Shown here piece after piece: positions 8,746 through 17,848 of a DNA stretch of 64,000 nt. The DNA lies in the NCBI RefSeq assembly GCF_039541115.1, contig NZ_BAABFP010000002.1, positions 496,001 to 560,000 of the forward strand, written 5' to 3'. The notes below the pieces were generated by a model. That model had not been told where the DNA came from and searched no databases. It saw only the letters and a program-made list of their open reading frames with translations. Made by a program: the position numbers and the translations under genes. The DNA is from Angustibacter luteus. Its GTDB lineage: Bacteria; Actinomycetota; Actinomycetes; Actinomycetales; Angustibacteraceae. Every line of letters begins with the position of its first letter. Position 1 is the first letter of the stretch.

Positions 8746-10584
8746 ATGAGGCGATCGACGGCCACCGTGTCCCTGAGTGGGGACCTGATCAGCAAGATGA
8801 AGGCCTGCGCGGAGGTCGGGTTCGACGGGATCGAGCTCTTCGAGCCGGACCTCGTGGTCGCCGAGGAGTCGCCCGCCGAGGTTCGTGCGCTGGCCGATCG
8901 CCTGGGACTCAGACTCGAGCTGTACCAACCGTTCCGGGACTTCGAGGGGGTCGCAGAGGCGGATCTTGAGGCGAGCTTGCGGCGCGCTGCAGCTAAATTC
9001 GCCCTGATGAACAGTCTCGGCATCGACACGCTCCTGCTGTGCAGCAACGTGGCGACGGCCGTCACAGACGACCGGGCAACAGCCGTGCGGCAGCTGAGTC
9101 GGCTGGCCGACCTGGCCGAGAAGTTCGACGTCCGGGTCGCCTACGAGGCGTTGGCCTGGGGCCGCTACATCAGCGACTACCGCGACGCCTGGGAGGTGGT
9201 GCAGGCGGTGGACCACCCACGTTTGGGCATCTGCCTGGACAGCTTCCACATCCTGTCTCGCGGGCACGACCCGGCCGCGATCGAGGCGATCCCGGCGGAG
9301 AAGATCTTCTTCGTGCAGCTTGCTGACGCACCGGCGATGAGCCTGGATGTGCTGTCCTGGAGCAGGCACTTCCGGCTGTTCCCCGGGGAAGGCGCCTTCG
9401 ATCTCCCCGCCTTCCTCGCCCACGTCCTCCGAGGCGGCTATGACGGACCTCTGTCGTTGGAGGTCTTCAACGACGTCTTCCGGCGCACCGACACGGTACG
9501 CACGGCCGCTCACTCCCTCCGGTCGCTGATCTGGCTCGAGGACGCCACCTACGGCCTGCTCGCTGGCGACGTCGCGCAGAGCCGGGTCAGCCACCTCTCG
9601 GCGGCGTCCGAACCAACTGGCGTGAACTTCGTCGAGATCCGCGCTGAGTCCACCGATCCCGTGGAGTCGACGTTGCTGCAGCTCGGGTTCCGCTTCCGCG
9701 GTCATCACCGCTCGAAGCCGGTGCGACTGTGGACCCAAGGGGCCGCACGGGTCATCCTGAACGAGCAGGGCTCGCGCGACCGGGCGCCGTGGATCGCCGC
9801 CTTGGGCCTGGACGTGCCCGACCCGACCCGAGCCGTTGAACGTGCCCGTGAGCTCATGGCTCCTGAGGTGTTTCGGCGCAACCAGGCCGGCGAACAGCCG
9901 CTCGAAGCGGTCACGGCGCCGGACGGATCGGAGATCTTCCTCTGCCCGGCGCCGAAGGACGCGACGCCGGCCTGGCTGGTCGAGTTCGAGAACGGCTCGG
10001 AGCCGACGGATGACATCGAGCTGGTCACCAGGGTCGACCACGTCAACCTCGTCCACCCCAGGTCCAGCTTCGACGAGGCAACCCTGTTCTACTCGGGGCT
10101 GTTGGCACTCGACATCACGACCAGCACGGAGGTCGCCAGCCCGATCGGACTGGTGCAGAGCCGCGTGATGTCCAGTCGGCAGAACGGCGTCCGACTGGTG
10201 CTGAACGTCGGCCCCGACGCCGGCGGCTTGGCGGCCGGCGTGTTGCCGCAGCACGTCGCGTTCGCCACCACGGACGTCGCAGCGCTGGCCCGGCAGGCCC
10301 GCGAGCGCGGACTCGATCCCCTGCCGATTCCCACCAACTACTACGACGACCTAGCGGCCCGGTTTGGGCTCGCGGACGAGGTCCTGGAGGGGCTGCGGTC
10401 GCTGGACCTGCTGTACGACCGGGATGAGAAGGGCGAGTTCCTGCACTTCTACACGCGCACCATCGGCTCCGTGTTCTTCGAGGCGGTCGAGCGGCGGTTG
10501 AGTTACGACGGGTTCGGGGCGCCGAATGCGCCGGTGCGGCTGGCGGCCCAGCACCGGTCGACCGTGGCCGGGAGGCTTCGGTGA
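8746..10584 (+). CDS. quiC: 3-dehydroshikimate dehydratase (sugar-phosphate-isomerase TIM barrel + HPPD-like fusion, QuiC/QsuB type)
   Basis: STATVSLSG, YQPFRDFEG, YEALAWG, DSFH, QLADAP, WSRHFRLFPGEG, SLEVFND; C-terminal DHV/QHVAF/FFE and GFGAPNAPVRLAAQ. Confidence 0.9.
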   Translation: MRRSTATVSLSGDLISKMKACAEVGFDGIELFEPDLVVAEESPAEVRALADRLGLRLELYQPFRDFEGVAEADLEASLRRAAAKFALMNSLGIDTLLLCSNVATAVTDDRATAVRQLSRLADLAEKFDVRVAYEALAWGRYISDYRDAWEVVQAVDHPRLGICLDSFHILSRGHDPAAIEAIPAEKIFFVQLADAPAMSLDVLSWSRHFRLFPGEGAFDLPAFLAHVLRGGYDGPLSLEVFNDVFRRTDTVRTAAHSLRSLIWLEDATYGLLAGDVAQSRVSHLSAASEPTGVNFVEIRAESTDPVESTLLQLGFRFRGHHRSKPVRLWTQGAARVILNEQGSRDRAPWIAALGLDVPDPTRAVERARELMAPEVFRRNQAGEQPLEAVTAPDGSEIFLCPAPKDATPAWLVEFENGSEPTDDIELVTRVDHVNLVHPRSSFDEATLFYSGLLALDITTSTEVASPIGLVQSRVMSSRQNGVRLVLNVGPDAGGLAAGVLPQHVAFATTDVAALARQARERGLDPLPIPTNYYDDLAARFGLADEVLEGLRSLDLLYDRDEKGEFLHFYTRTIGSVFFEAVERRLSYDGFGAPNAPVRLAAQHRSTVAGRLR

Positions 10585-11438
10585 CGCGCCGGTTCCTCGC
10601 CGGGCTGATCGGATCGGGCGTCGGCCCGTCGCTGACACCTGCCCTGCACATGAACGAGGCCGATGCCCAGGGCATGTCCTACGTGTATCGGACGATCGAC
10701 CTCGGGACGGTGTCGTTGGATCCGGACGACGTGGGAGACCTGGTCCGTTACGCACGTGCCCTGGGCTTCGACGGGCTCAACATCACCCACCCCTGCAAGC
10801 AGGTGGTGATCGAGCACCTCGACCTCCTGGACGACCGCGCCCGGGAGCTCGGCGCGGTCAACACGGTCGTGTTCGGCGAGCAGGGCGCCATCGGGTACAA
10901 CACGGACTGGTCAGGCTTCACCCGGGCCATGACTCGTGGGCTGCCCGACGTGGACCTCGACCGCGTCGTCCTTCTCGGTGCCGGTGGGGCCGGGGCCTCG
11001 GTCGGGCACGCTCTGCTCGCGCTGGGCGTGCAGGAGCTGGTCGTCGTCGACCTGTCCCGCGACCGGGCCGATGCGCTGGTGCACATGTTGGGCGAGCTGT
11101 TCGGGGTGGACCGATGCTCGGCGTCGGACGTCGATGCGATCGCCGTGCTGAACGAGAAGGTCGACGGCTACGTCCACTGCACCCCGACCGGGATGGCTGA
11201 GCACCCCGGCACGCCATTCGACGTCGCGCTGCTCCAGCGTCGGCAGTGGGTGGCCGACATCGTCTACCGACCCTTGGAGACCGCGTTGGTCGCAGCTGCC
11301 CGCGAGCGTGGCTGCCCAACTCTGGACGGCGGCGGGATGGCCGTCTACCAGGCGGTTGACGCCTTCGAGCTGATCACCGGCACGCCGGCCGACGACGAGC
11401 GCATGCTGCGCGACTTCGCTCGACTCACGGCGTCCTGA
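10581..11438 (+). CDS. aroE: Shikimate/quinate dehydrogenase (QsuD/AroE family)
   Basis: GLIG..VGPSLTP, NITHPCKQ, GAVNT, NTD, GAGGAG, TPTGM, IVYRP, GGGMAVYQA. Confidence 0.9.
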   Translation: MTRRFLAGLIGSGVGPSLTPALHMNEADAQGMSYVYRTIDLGTVSLDPDDVGDLVRYARALGFDGLNITHPCKQVVIEHLDLLDDRARELGAVNTVVFGEQGAIGYNTDWSGFTRAMTRGLPDVDLDRVVLLGAGGAGASVGHALLALGVQELVVVDLSRDRADALVHMLGELFGVDRCSASDVDAIAVLNEKVDGYVHCTPTGMAEHPGTPFDVALLQRRQWVADIVYRPLETALVAAARERGCPTLDGGGMAVYQAVDAFELITGTPADDERMLRDFARLTAS

Positions 11439-11440
11439 GC

Positions 11441-11482
11441 GCGAGCGCCGGGGCGGGTCGCACGACCCGTCCCGGCGCTCGC
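11441..11482. terminator. GC-rich hairpin between convergent genes (probable terminator)
   Basis: GCGAGCGCCGGGGCGGGTCG-CA-CGACCCGTCCCGGCGCTCGC, ~20-bp stem just after the aroE stop. Confidence 0.75.
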
Positions 11483-11515
11483 AGCACCACGCCGCTCAGC
11501 TGTCGCCCTGATGTC

Positions 11516-12496
11516 TCACTGGCAGAACGGTTTGGCGCCGGCGGCGGACAGGATCCCGCCGACGATCAGCTTCTGGAAGTTCTGGTCACCGGCGTCGCTC
11601 GACGTCGGGTCGAAGGCGGTCTGCCCGTGGCCCATCGTGGTCAGGAACGACCGACCTCCGTCGTAGTACTGGCACCAGGCGACCGGGTGGAAGTCCCCGT
11701 GGCCGGGGTGGCCCATGCTGCCCGTGGAGCCGCTCGGCAGGGTGTCCTCGTCGACGGTGGCCAGGAAGCGCACCTTGGACGGAAACGGCACGAGGTTGTA
11801 CCACTCGTCCTTGTACCCCCAGGACGACGGCAGGTCCCTGGTCGCCGAGTCCCTGCGGGTCAACGTCTTGACGGTGCCGGTCTGGTAGGGACCGTGGTCG
11901 TAGTAGTTCGCGCCGCCCAGGAGCCCTTCGTACCAGGGAAAGTTGTACTCGGTACCGAAGGCGTTGTGGATGCCGACGAATCCGCCTCCGCCGCGGATGT
12001 ACTGCCGCAGCGAGGTTTGCGCTGCGTCGTCGAGGGTGTCGCGGCTCGTGCTGAGGAAGATGACCGCGTTGTACTTGAAGAGGTTGTTCGGGCTGGCGAG
12101 CTGGGCCAGGTCCTCCGTGTAGTCGACGGTGAAGCCGTACTTGGCGCCCAGTGCCATGACGCCCTTCTGGGCGGCGTTCGCGTCGGTCAGCGGCGGGTTC
12201 AGCCCCGGGGCCAAGGCTGGCCCGAGGTTCTGGTGCCGGGGGCCTGCCGTCCTGGTGTACAGCAGGACCTTGACGCCCTGGGTCAGGTCGAAGTTGCCCC
12301 AGTCGTGGTAGCAGGCCGGGTTCGTACCTCGACAGACCCCGTAGTCCGGATCCCCTAGCTGCTGGGCCGCTGTCGACGGCTTCGGGTGGGCGTCGGCCGC
12401 CGCCCCCGTCACGAGGGCGGCGGCGAGGGCGCCGACAACCATCGCGATGAGAGCGGTCAAGGAGAACTTCCAGTGTCGTCTCACGATCACGTCCAT
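11516..12496 (-). CDS. Secreted ThuA-domain protein (class I glutamine amidotransferase-like fold)
   Basis: Signal peptide; VLLYTRTAG.RH, VIFLST, GGGFVGIH, DEWYN, HPVAW, GRSFLTTMGH. Confidence 0.85.
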   Translation of the reverse strand: MDVIVRRHWKFSLTALIAMVVGALAAALVTGAAADAHPKPSTAAQQLGDPDYGVCRGTNPACYHDWGNFDLTQGVKVLLYTRTAGPRHQNLGPALAPGLNPPLTDANAAQKGVMALGAKYGFTVDYTEDLAQLASPNNLFKYNAVIFLSTSRDTLDDAAQTSLRQYIRGGGGFVGIHNAFGTEYNFPWYEGLLGGANYYDHGPYQTGTVKTLTRRDSATRDLPSSWGYKDEWYNLVPFPSKVRFLATVDEDTLPSGSTGSMGHPGHGDFHPVAWCQYYDGGRSFLTTMGHGQTAFDPTSSDAGDQNFQKLIVGGILSAAGAKPFCQ

Positions 12497-12739
12497 TCGA
12501 CCAGCGCTGCGATGCGCGGTTGCGGGTCAGTCTTGCGTACCACCAGGTGGTTCATTCAGACCGTTACCCAGGATGAACGCTGACGATAGGTGCAGGCGGA
12601 CCAACTGCGCAAGAGCGACGCTAGAGCCAGGGCATTACCCACGATTGCCACATAGCGGGGTTGCCACTCGATCCTGCCTTCCTTAGGGTAAAACGGTTCG
12701 TTCGTACCGCCTAATGGTTCACCCGTCTTGAGGAGCACC

Positions 12740-14899
12740 ATGGACAGACGTACATTCATCTCCGGGTCGTCGGCTGCGACCGGTGGGGCCCTGCTCGCGG
12801 CGATCGCTGGCGCCGCGCCGGCGGACGCCGCTTCGCTGGGACACGCGGCGCCGCCCCAGCCGTCCAGCTTCGGTCGTGTCGGGCGCGACTTCCCGAAGGT
12901 CTGCGGCAACTACGGCAACCAGAACTACTCCCCGCTGCGGCAGATCACGAAGCGCAACGTGAAGCATCTCGGCGGTGCTTGGCACACCAACCTCGAGGGC
13001 GGCGACACCACGAACCCTCAACAGAGCACCGTGGTCGCCGAGCACGGCGTGTTGTACGTCCAGACCCAGCAGCAGAACGTGTTCGCGGTAGACGGCCGCA
13101 CGGGCGCGGTCAAGTGGAAGACGAACGTCGGGGCGGACAAGACCAACATGCGCGGCGTCGCACTGAGCGACGACCTCGTCTTCACCATCTCCGGCGAGAA
13201 CAACGTCTACGCGCTCGACAAGAGCACGGGCGCCGTGCGGTGGAAGACACTGCTGCTCACCGAGGACGCGGGCGCCGAGAACCCCGAACCCTGCGACCCC
13301 GCGAACGGCCAGTGCGGCGGGTCGATCGGGTCGCTGGCCGGGGCGGTCGTCTACTGGGACGGGCTGATCTACGTCGGCATGCAGGGCAGCACAGCCGGGG
13401 CCCGCGGCCGGGCCTACGCACTGAACGCCGAGACCGGCGAACTGGCGTGGACGTTCTGGAGCGTCCCGGGGCCGGGTCAGTACGGTCACGACACCTGGGA
13501 GGGCGAGAGCTGGAAGACAGGCGGCGCGGTCCCCTGGATCCACCCGGCGATAGACCCGGACCTCGGGCTCGTCTACTGGACCTTCGGCAACCCCTACCCG
13601 CGGACCAACGGCGAGACACGGGCCGGCGACAACCTGTTCGCCAACTGCCTGATCGCGCTCGACGCCAAGACCGGCGAACGTCGCTGGCACTTCCAGTCCG
13701 TGCACCACGACATCTGGGACTACGACAACGTGATGGCGCCGGTCCTGGCCGACATCAAAGTCAAGGGCCGAACGCGCAAGGTCGTCGTCTACGGCAGCAA
13801 GGTCGGGATGTACTTCGTCCTCGACCGCCGCGACGGCTCGCCCATCCAAGGTGTCGAGGAGCGTCCCGTGCCGCAGGATCCGCGGCAGAAGACCGCTCCC
13901 ACGCAGCCGTTCCCCGGCGGCGAGTCGTTCCTGCCCCAGAAGCCCCGACTGGACAATCCCACCAGGCCGGTGCCGTTCTACCCGGTCGGCGGTGCGTTCG
14001 ACACCTTCTGGGACCGAGCTACGATCATCTTCCCCGGCGCCGGCGGCGGCGCCGATTGGGGCCACGTCTCGTTCAACCCGAACACGGGGTGGATCTACGT
14101 CGGCTACGGGCTGATCAACTCCGCCTACTCCAACACCATCGGCGGTCGGGTCAACACGTCACGGCCCCTCGGCGAGTACTTCGGCGGCGGCATCGCCGCC
14201 GTCGACCCGAGGGACAACACCGTGGTCTGGAGCATCGAGAAGGACTGGTCGCTCGCTCACGGCAACGGCATCCTGACCACGGCCGGACGCGTCATGTTCC
14301 AGGGCGGACCGGACGGGGTGCTGCACGCCATGGACGACGAGACCGCGGAGGTGCTCTGGAGCTTCCAGTGCGGCGCGGGCGTGCACACCAGCCCTATCGC
14401 GTACGAGGTGGACGGTGAGCAGTACCTAGCCGTGTTCGCGGGCGGGAACGGGCTGCCCTACCCGGACATCCCCCGGGGCGATCACCTGTGGGCCTTCAAG
14501 CTTCGCGGGAAGGTCGCACCTGCGGCCACACCCCTGCCTCCGTCCAAGCGCAACCAGGTCCGGACGGCAGCGGTCACCGCGGCCGCGGCCGGCAACACCG
14601 TGACCCTCGGGCGCGTCTGGAACGCCACGACGGGTGCCCCTGGCACGACCGAGAACCTGGTCGCGCAGAACGCCATGTCGCCGCAGAACCTCACAGTGCC
14701 CAAGGGGACCACGATCACCTTTGTGAACCCCGCCGACAACCACTACGCGCACGGAGCCGTGGTGTTCTTCGAGTACGAGTTCGACAGCGGCACGCTCATG
14801 CCGGGCGAGAGCTTCCAGCACACGTTCGAACGCACGGGTGAGTTCGTCTACAACGACCCGATCTACCCACAGAACACCGCCAAGATCGTCGTCACCTAG
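12740..14899 (+). CDS. Tat-exported PQQ-dependent dehydrogenase with C-terminal cupredoxin-like domain
   Basis: MDRRTFI Tat signal after AGGAG SD; NYSPLRQIT..NV, W-docking repeats (TGAVKW, TGAVRW, TGELAW, TGERRW), GNP, HHDIWDYD, YEVDGEQY; tail PQNLTVPKGTTITF...PGESFQHTF. Confidence 0.88.
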   Translation: MDRRTFISGSSAATGGALLAAIAGAAPADAASLGHAAPPQPSSFGRVGRDFPKVCGNYGNQNYSPLRQITKRNVKHLGGAWHTNLEGGDTTNPQQSTVVAEHGVLYVQTQQQNVFAVDGRTGAVKWKTNVGADKTNMRGVALSDDLVFTISGENNVYALDKSTGAVRWKTLLLTEDAGAENPEPCDPANGQCGGSIGSLAGAVVYWDGLIYVGMQGSTAGARGRAYALNAETGELAWTFWSVPGPGQYGHDTWEGESWKTGGAVPWIHPAIDPDLGLVYWTFGNPYPRTNGETRAGDNLFANCLIALDAKTGERRWHFQSVHHDIWDYDNVMAPVLADIKVKGRTRKVVVYGSKVGMYFVLDRRDGSPIQGVEERPVPQDPRQKTAPTQPFPGGESFLPQKPRLDNPTRPVPFYPVGGAFDTFWDRATIIFPGAGGGADWGHVSFNPNTGWIYVGYGLINSAYSNTIGGRVNTSRPLGEYFGGGIAAVDPRDNTVVWSIEKDWSLAHGNGILTTAGRVMFQGGPDGVLHAMDDETAEVLWSFQCGAGVHTSPIAYEVDGEQYLAVFAGGNGLPYPDIPRGDHLWAFKLRGKVAPAATPLPPSKRNQVRTAAVTAAAAGNTVTLGRVWNATTGAPGTTENLVAQNAMSPQNLTVPKGTTITFVNPADNHYAHGAVVFFEYEFDSGTLMPGESFQHTFERTGEFVYNDPIYPQNTAKIVVT

Positions 14900-15112
14900 G
14901 GCGCCTCAGATCGGTGCGATGACGGGACCGTGCCAGGGGCACGGTCTCGTCGTCGTTCCAAAGAGCCGGAGACCGCAGCAAACCGCCCAGCGGGACGCGG
15001 ATGAATGCCCTGCGCGACGGGCGGGCAGCCCGGGCGCCCCTGTCTGAAGACAGGGCAGAGTCAGGTCTGTAGCCAGAAGCGGGAGATCGACCGCGGAGGC
15101 GAGGGTTGAATC

Positions 15113-15970
15113 ATGAACCCAACCCAGCTCGTCAAGCGCGAGGTCACGGCGTACATCGCCATCGCCTACGCGCTGTCCACCGCCGTGGTGCTGGCCCTGC
15201 CGCACGCCAACATCAACATGATGCTCGTCGTCCTCGTCCCGACCGTCACCGTGACGATCCTGACCTTCACCATCACTCCCCGCGGTACACGCAGGGCACT
15301 GTGGGGCCAGTTCGGGCTCGCCCGGGCCGGTCGCGGGACGTGGGTGAGCGCCGTCGTCGTCCCGGTCGTGTTGTGCGCCGCGGCCTATGGGACCGCCATC
15401 GCCGTCGGAGCGGGGCGGCTGAGGGTCGACCTCGACGACACGCCCGCCAACTGGGTGATCAACCTGCTGATCAGTCTGGTGATGGGGACGGTGTTCATCC
15501 TGGGTGAGGAGATCGGCTGGCGCGGATACCTGCTGCCGCGGATGCAGCAGCTGGTCCCGGACAAGCGTCGGGCTGCCCTGGTGACAGGCTTGGTTCACGG
15601 CTGCTTCCACCTGCCGCTGATCCTGATCGGGACCACCTACGACAACCAGGTCCCCGGTTGGGTCGCTGCGCCCTCTGCGGTCGCTCTGATCACGGCGGGT
15701 GGGGTCTTCTACGCCTGGATCTGGGACCGGTCGAACTCAGTCTGGCCGGTCGCGATCGCCCACAACACCGTCAACACCGTCTTCGATCTGGGTGCGGCCG
15801 CAGTGGTAGCGAGTGGTGGCGCGAACATCGCCTACATCGCCGGAGAGACCGGCGTCGTCACCCTCGGCGTCGTCACGATTCTCGCGGTGGTGCTGTGGCG
15901 TTACGCACGGGTCTGGCGGACGCCGGCACCGCGGCCAGAGCGGCGACCGGTCGCCGTCGCGGCCGCGTAG
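15113..15970 (+). CDS. CPBP family intramembrane metalloprotease (Abi/CAAX protease)
   Basis: GEEIGWRGYL, FHLP, AIAHNTVN, multiple TM helices. Confidence 0.9.
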   Translation: MNPTQLVKREVTAYIAIAYALSTAVVLALPHANINMMLVVLVPTVTVTILTFTITPRGTRRALWGQFGLARAGRGTWVSAVVVPVVLCAAAYGTAIAVGAGRLRVDLDDTPANWVINLLISLVMGTVFILGEEIGWRGYLLPRMQQLVPDKRRAALVTGLVHGCFHLPLILIGTTYDNQVPGWVAAPSAVALITAGGVFYAWIWDRSNSVWPVAIAHNTVNTVFDLGAAAVVASGGANIAYIAGETGVVTLGVVTILAVVLWRYARVWRTPAPRPERRPVAVAAA

Positions 15971-15979
15971 TCTCCGACC

Positions 15980-17152
15980 ATGACAGGCCAGCCGGCGGCG
16001 GTGGCGGGACGACGGAGTGGGTGGACGGTCGTCACGCGGCGGCTAGCTCCGTTGCTCGATCCCACCCTCGGCTTCGTCGCATTGGTGGCGTCCCTGGTCG
16101 CACTGCTCGGAGCCGACGAGGCCACAGTCGACGCCCGACTAGAGGCCCCAAATGCCGTGGCTGTGGCAGCAACCGTGCTCGCCGCCGGCGGGTTGGCCTG
16201 GCGCCGGAGTCACCCCGTGCGCTCGTTCGCGGCCATGTTGTCCGGCTGCCTCGTGGTCAGCCTCACCGACCACTACATCGGTCTGCTCTCGCTCCTGTTC
16301 CTGGTCAGCCTCTACTCGCTAGCAGCTCACGGCCGGCGTCGCGACGGGCTGATCGGTCTCGGCGCCGGCATCACCAGCTTCGTCAGCCTGGCCCTGCTCG
16401 ACGTCCCCGACCTCGGCACCTCGGTGCTCCTGCAGTCGCTGGCTCTGCTGGTTGCGGCGTGGGCGTTGGGAGATGCGATCCGGTCCCGACGCGAGCAACA
16501 GCGCGTCCAGGAGCGCGAGCTGGTGGAGTCAGCCGTTGCCGAGGAGCGGCTCCGGGTCGCCCGGGAGCTGCACGACGTGGTTGCGCACAGCATGTCGTTG
16601 ATCGCGGTGCAGGCCGGGGTGGGAGCCCACGTGATCCACTCCGACGTCACCGCCGCCGAGCAGGCACTGGAGATCATCGCCGAGACCAGCCGCCGGGCGC
16701 TGGAGCAGACCAGATCCATGCTCGGGATGCTCCGCGAGAACTCTGGGGACGGGACCCGGCCTCCGACCCAAGGCCTGGGTGACCTACCAAGCCTCGTCGA
16801 CGACCTCCGGGCCGCAGGTCTCCTGGTCCAGCTGACCGTGCCCTCGGTACTCCCAGACCTAGGCGCCGCAGGCTCTCTGGCGGCGTACCGGATCGTCCAG
16901 GAGTCGCTGACGAACGTCATCAAGCACTCCACGGCAACGGCCGCGACCGTCACACTCAGGGATTCGTCCGTTGGCCTCGCCATCGAGGTGATCGACCCTG
17001 GACCTGGGCGATCGAACCCCGGACCAGGCTCGGGGCACGGACTCCTCGGGCTGGCTGAGCGGGTCCGCCTGCTCGATGGGACCCTCGATGCCGGCGTCCA
17101 TGGCACAGGCTTCCGCGTGTATGCCGTGCTCACCCTCGGCAGTGCCCGATGA
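15980..17152 (+). CDS. Sensor histidine kinase (HisKA_3, NarX/DesK type)
   Basis: ERLRVARELHDVVAH, RIVQESLTNVIKH, DPGPG, GHGLLGLAERV; N-terminal TM helices. Confidence 0.93.
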   Translation: MTGQPAAVAGRRSGWTVVTRRLAPLLDPTLGFVALVASLVALLGADEATVDARLEAPNAVAVAATVLAAGGLAWRRSHPVRSFAAMLSGCLVVSLTDHYIGLLSLLFLVSLYSLAAHGRRRDGLIGLGAGITSFVSLALLDVPDLGTSVLLQSLALLVAAWALGDAIRSRREQQRVQERELVESAVAEERLRVARELHDVVAHSMSLIAVQAGVGAHVIHSDVTAAEQALEIIAETSRRALEQTRSMLGMLRENSGDGTRPPTQGLGDLPSLVDDLRAAGLLVQLTVPSVLPDLGAAGSLAAYRIVQESLTNVIKHSTATAATVTLRDSSVGLAIEVIDPGPGRSNPGPGSGHGLLGLAERVRLLDGTLDAGVHGTGFRVYAVLTLGSAR

Positions 17153-17805
17153 TCCGGGTCGTGGTCGTCGACGACCAGGAACTGGTGCGATCCGGGTTCG
17201 TCCTGCTGCTCCGCTCGGCCGCGGACATCGAGGTCGTCGGTGAAGCCGGTGACGGCCTCGAGGCGATCGAGGTGTGCCGTCGCACCGGCCCGGACGTGGT
17301 CCTGATGGACGTCCGCATGCCCCAGCTGGACGGTCTTTCCGCAACGCGAACGATCCTGTCCGACCCGGCATGCGCCGCCACCCGGATCCTGGTGCTCACG
17401 ACCTTCGACGAGGACCACCTGGTCATGGAGGCGCTGCGATCGGGAGCGAGCGGTTTCCTCCTCAAGGACACCCGACCCACCCAGCTGCTCGAGGCCATCG
17501 AGGTCGTGGCCGCCGGTGAGGCGCTCCTGCACCCGCGCATCACCCGACGGCTCATCGAGCAACTCGCCGCGCTGCCGCCGCCCCTGCCCAACCCCGACGA
17601 CAACCTCACCGGCCGTGAGCACGACGTCCTCCTGGCCGTGGCCCGAGGCCTGTCCAACACCGAGATCGCCGCCGAGCTGCACCTCGGATACGGGACCGTG
17701 AAGTCCCACGTCAGCAACCTGCTCACCAAGCTCGACTGCCGCGACCGAGCTCAGCTGGTGATGTACGCCTACGAAGCCGGCCACGCGGTTCCCGGAGGCC
17801 CGTAG
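17149..17805 (+). CDS. Response regulator, NarL/LuxR family
   Basis: VVDD, LMDVRMP, LTTF, FLLK, LTGRE..VL..VARGLSN.EIA..L. Confidence 0.95.
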   Translation: MIRVVVVDDQELVRSGFVLLLRSAADIEVVGEAGDGLEAIEVCRRTGPDVVLMDVRMPQLDGLSATRTILSDPACAATRILVLTTFDEDHLVMEALRSGASGFLLKDTRPTQLLEAIEVVAAGEALLHPRITRRLIEQLAALPPPLPNPDDNLTGREHDVLLAVARGLSNTEIAAELHLGYGTVKSHVSNLLTKLDCRDRAQLVMYAYEAGHAVPGGP

Positions 17806-17848
17806 GTCGTCCGAGCGCACTCCGGCGGCGTCTGACAGTCCGTGCTGG

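Noticed and set aside
12645..12667. TTGCCAC direct repeat in the ThuA/PQQ divergent promoter region
   Set aside because: Two 7-mers 16 bp apart with no adjacent regulator to assign; could be chance
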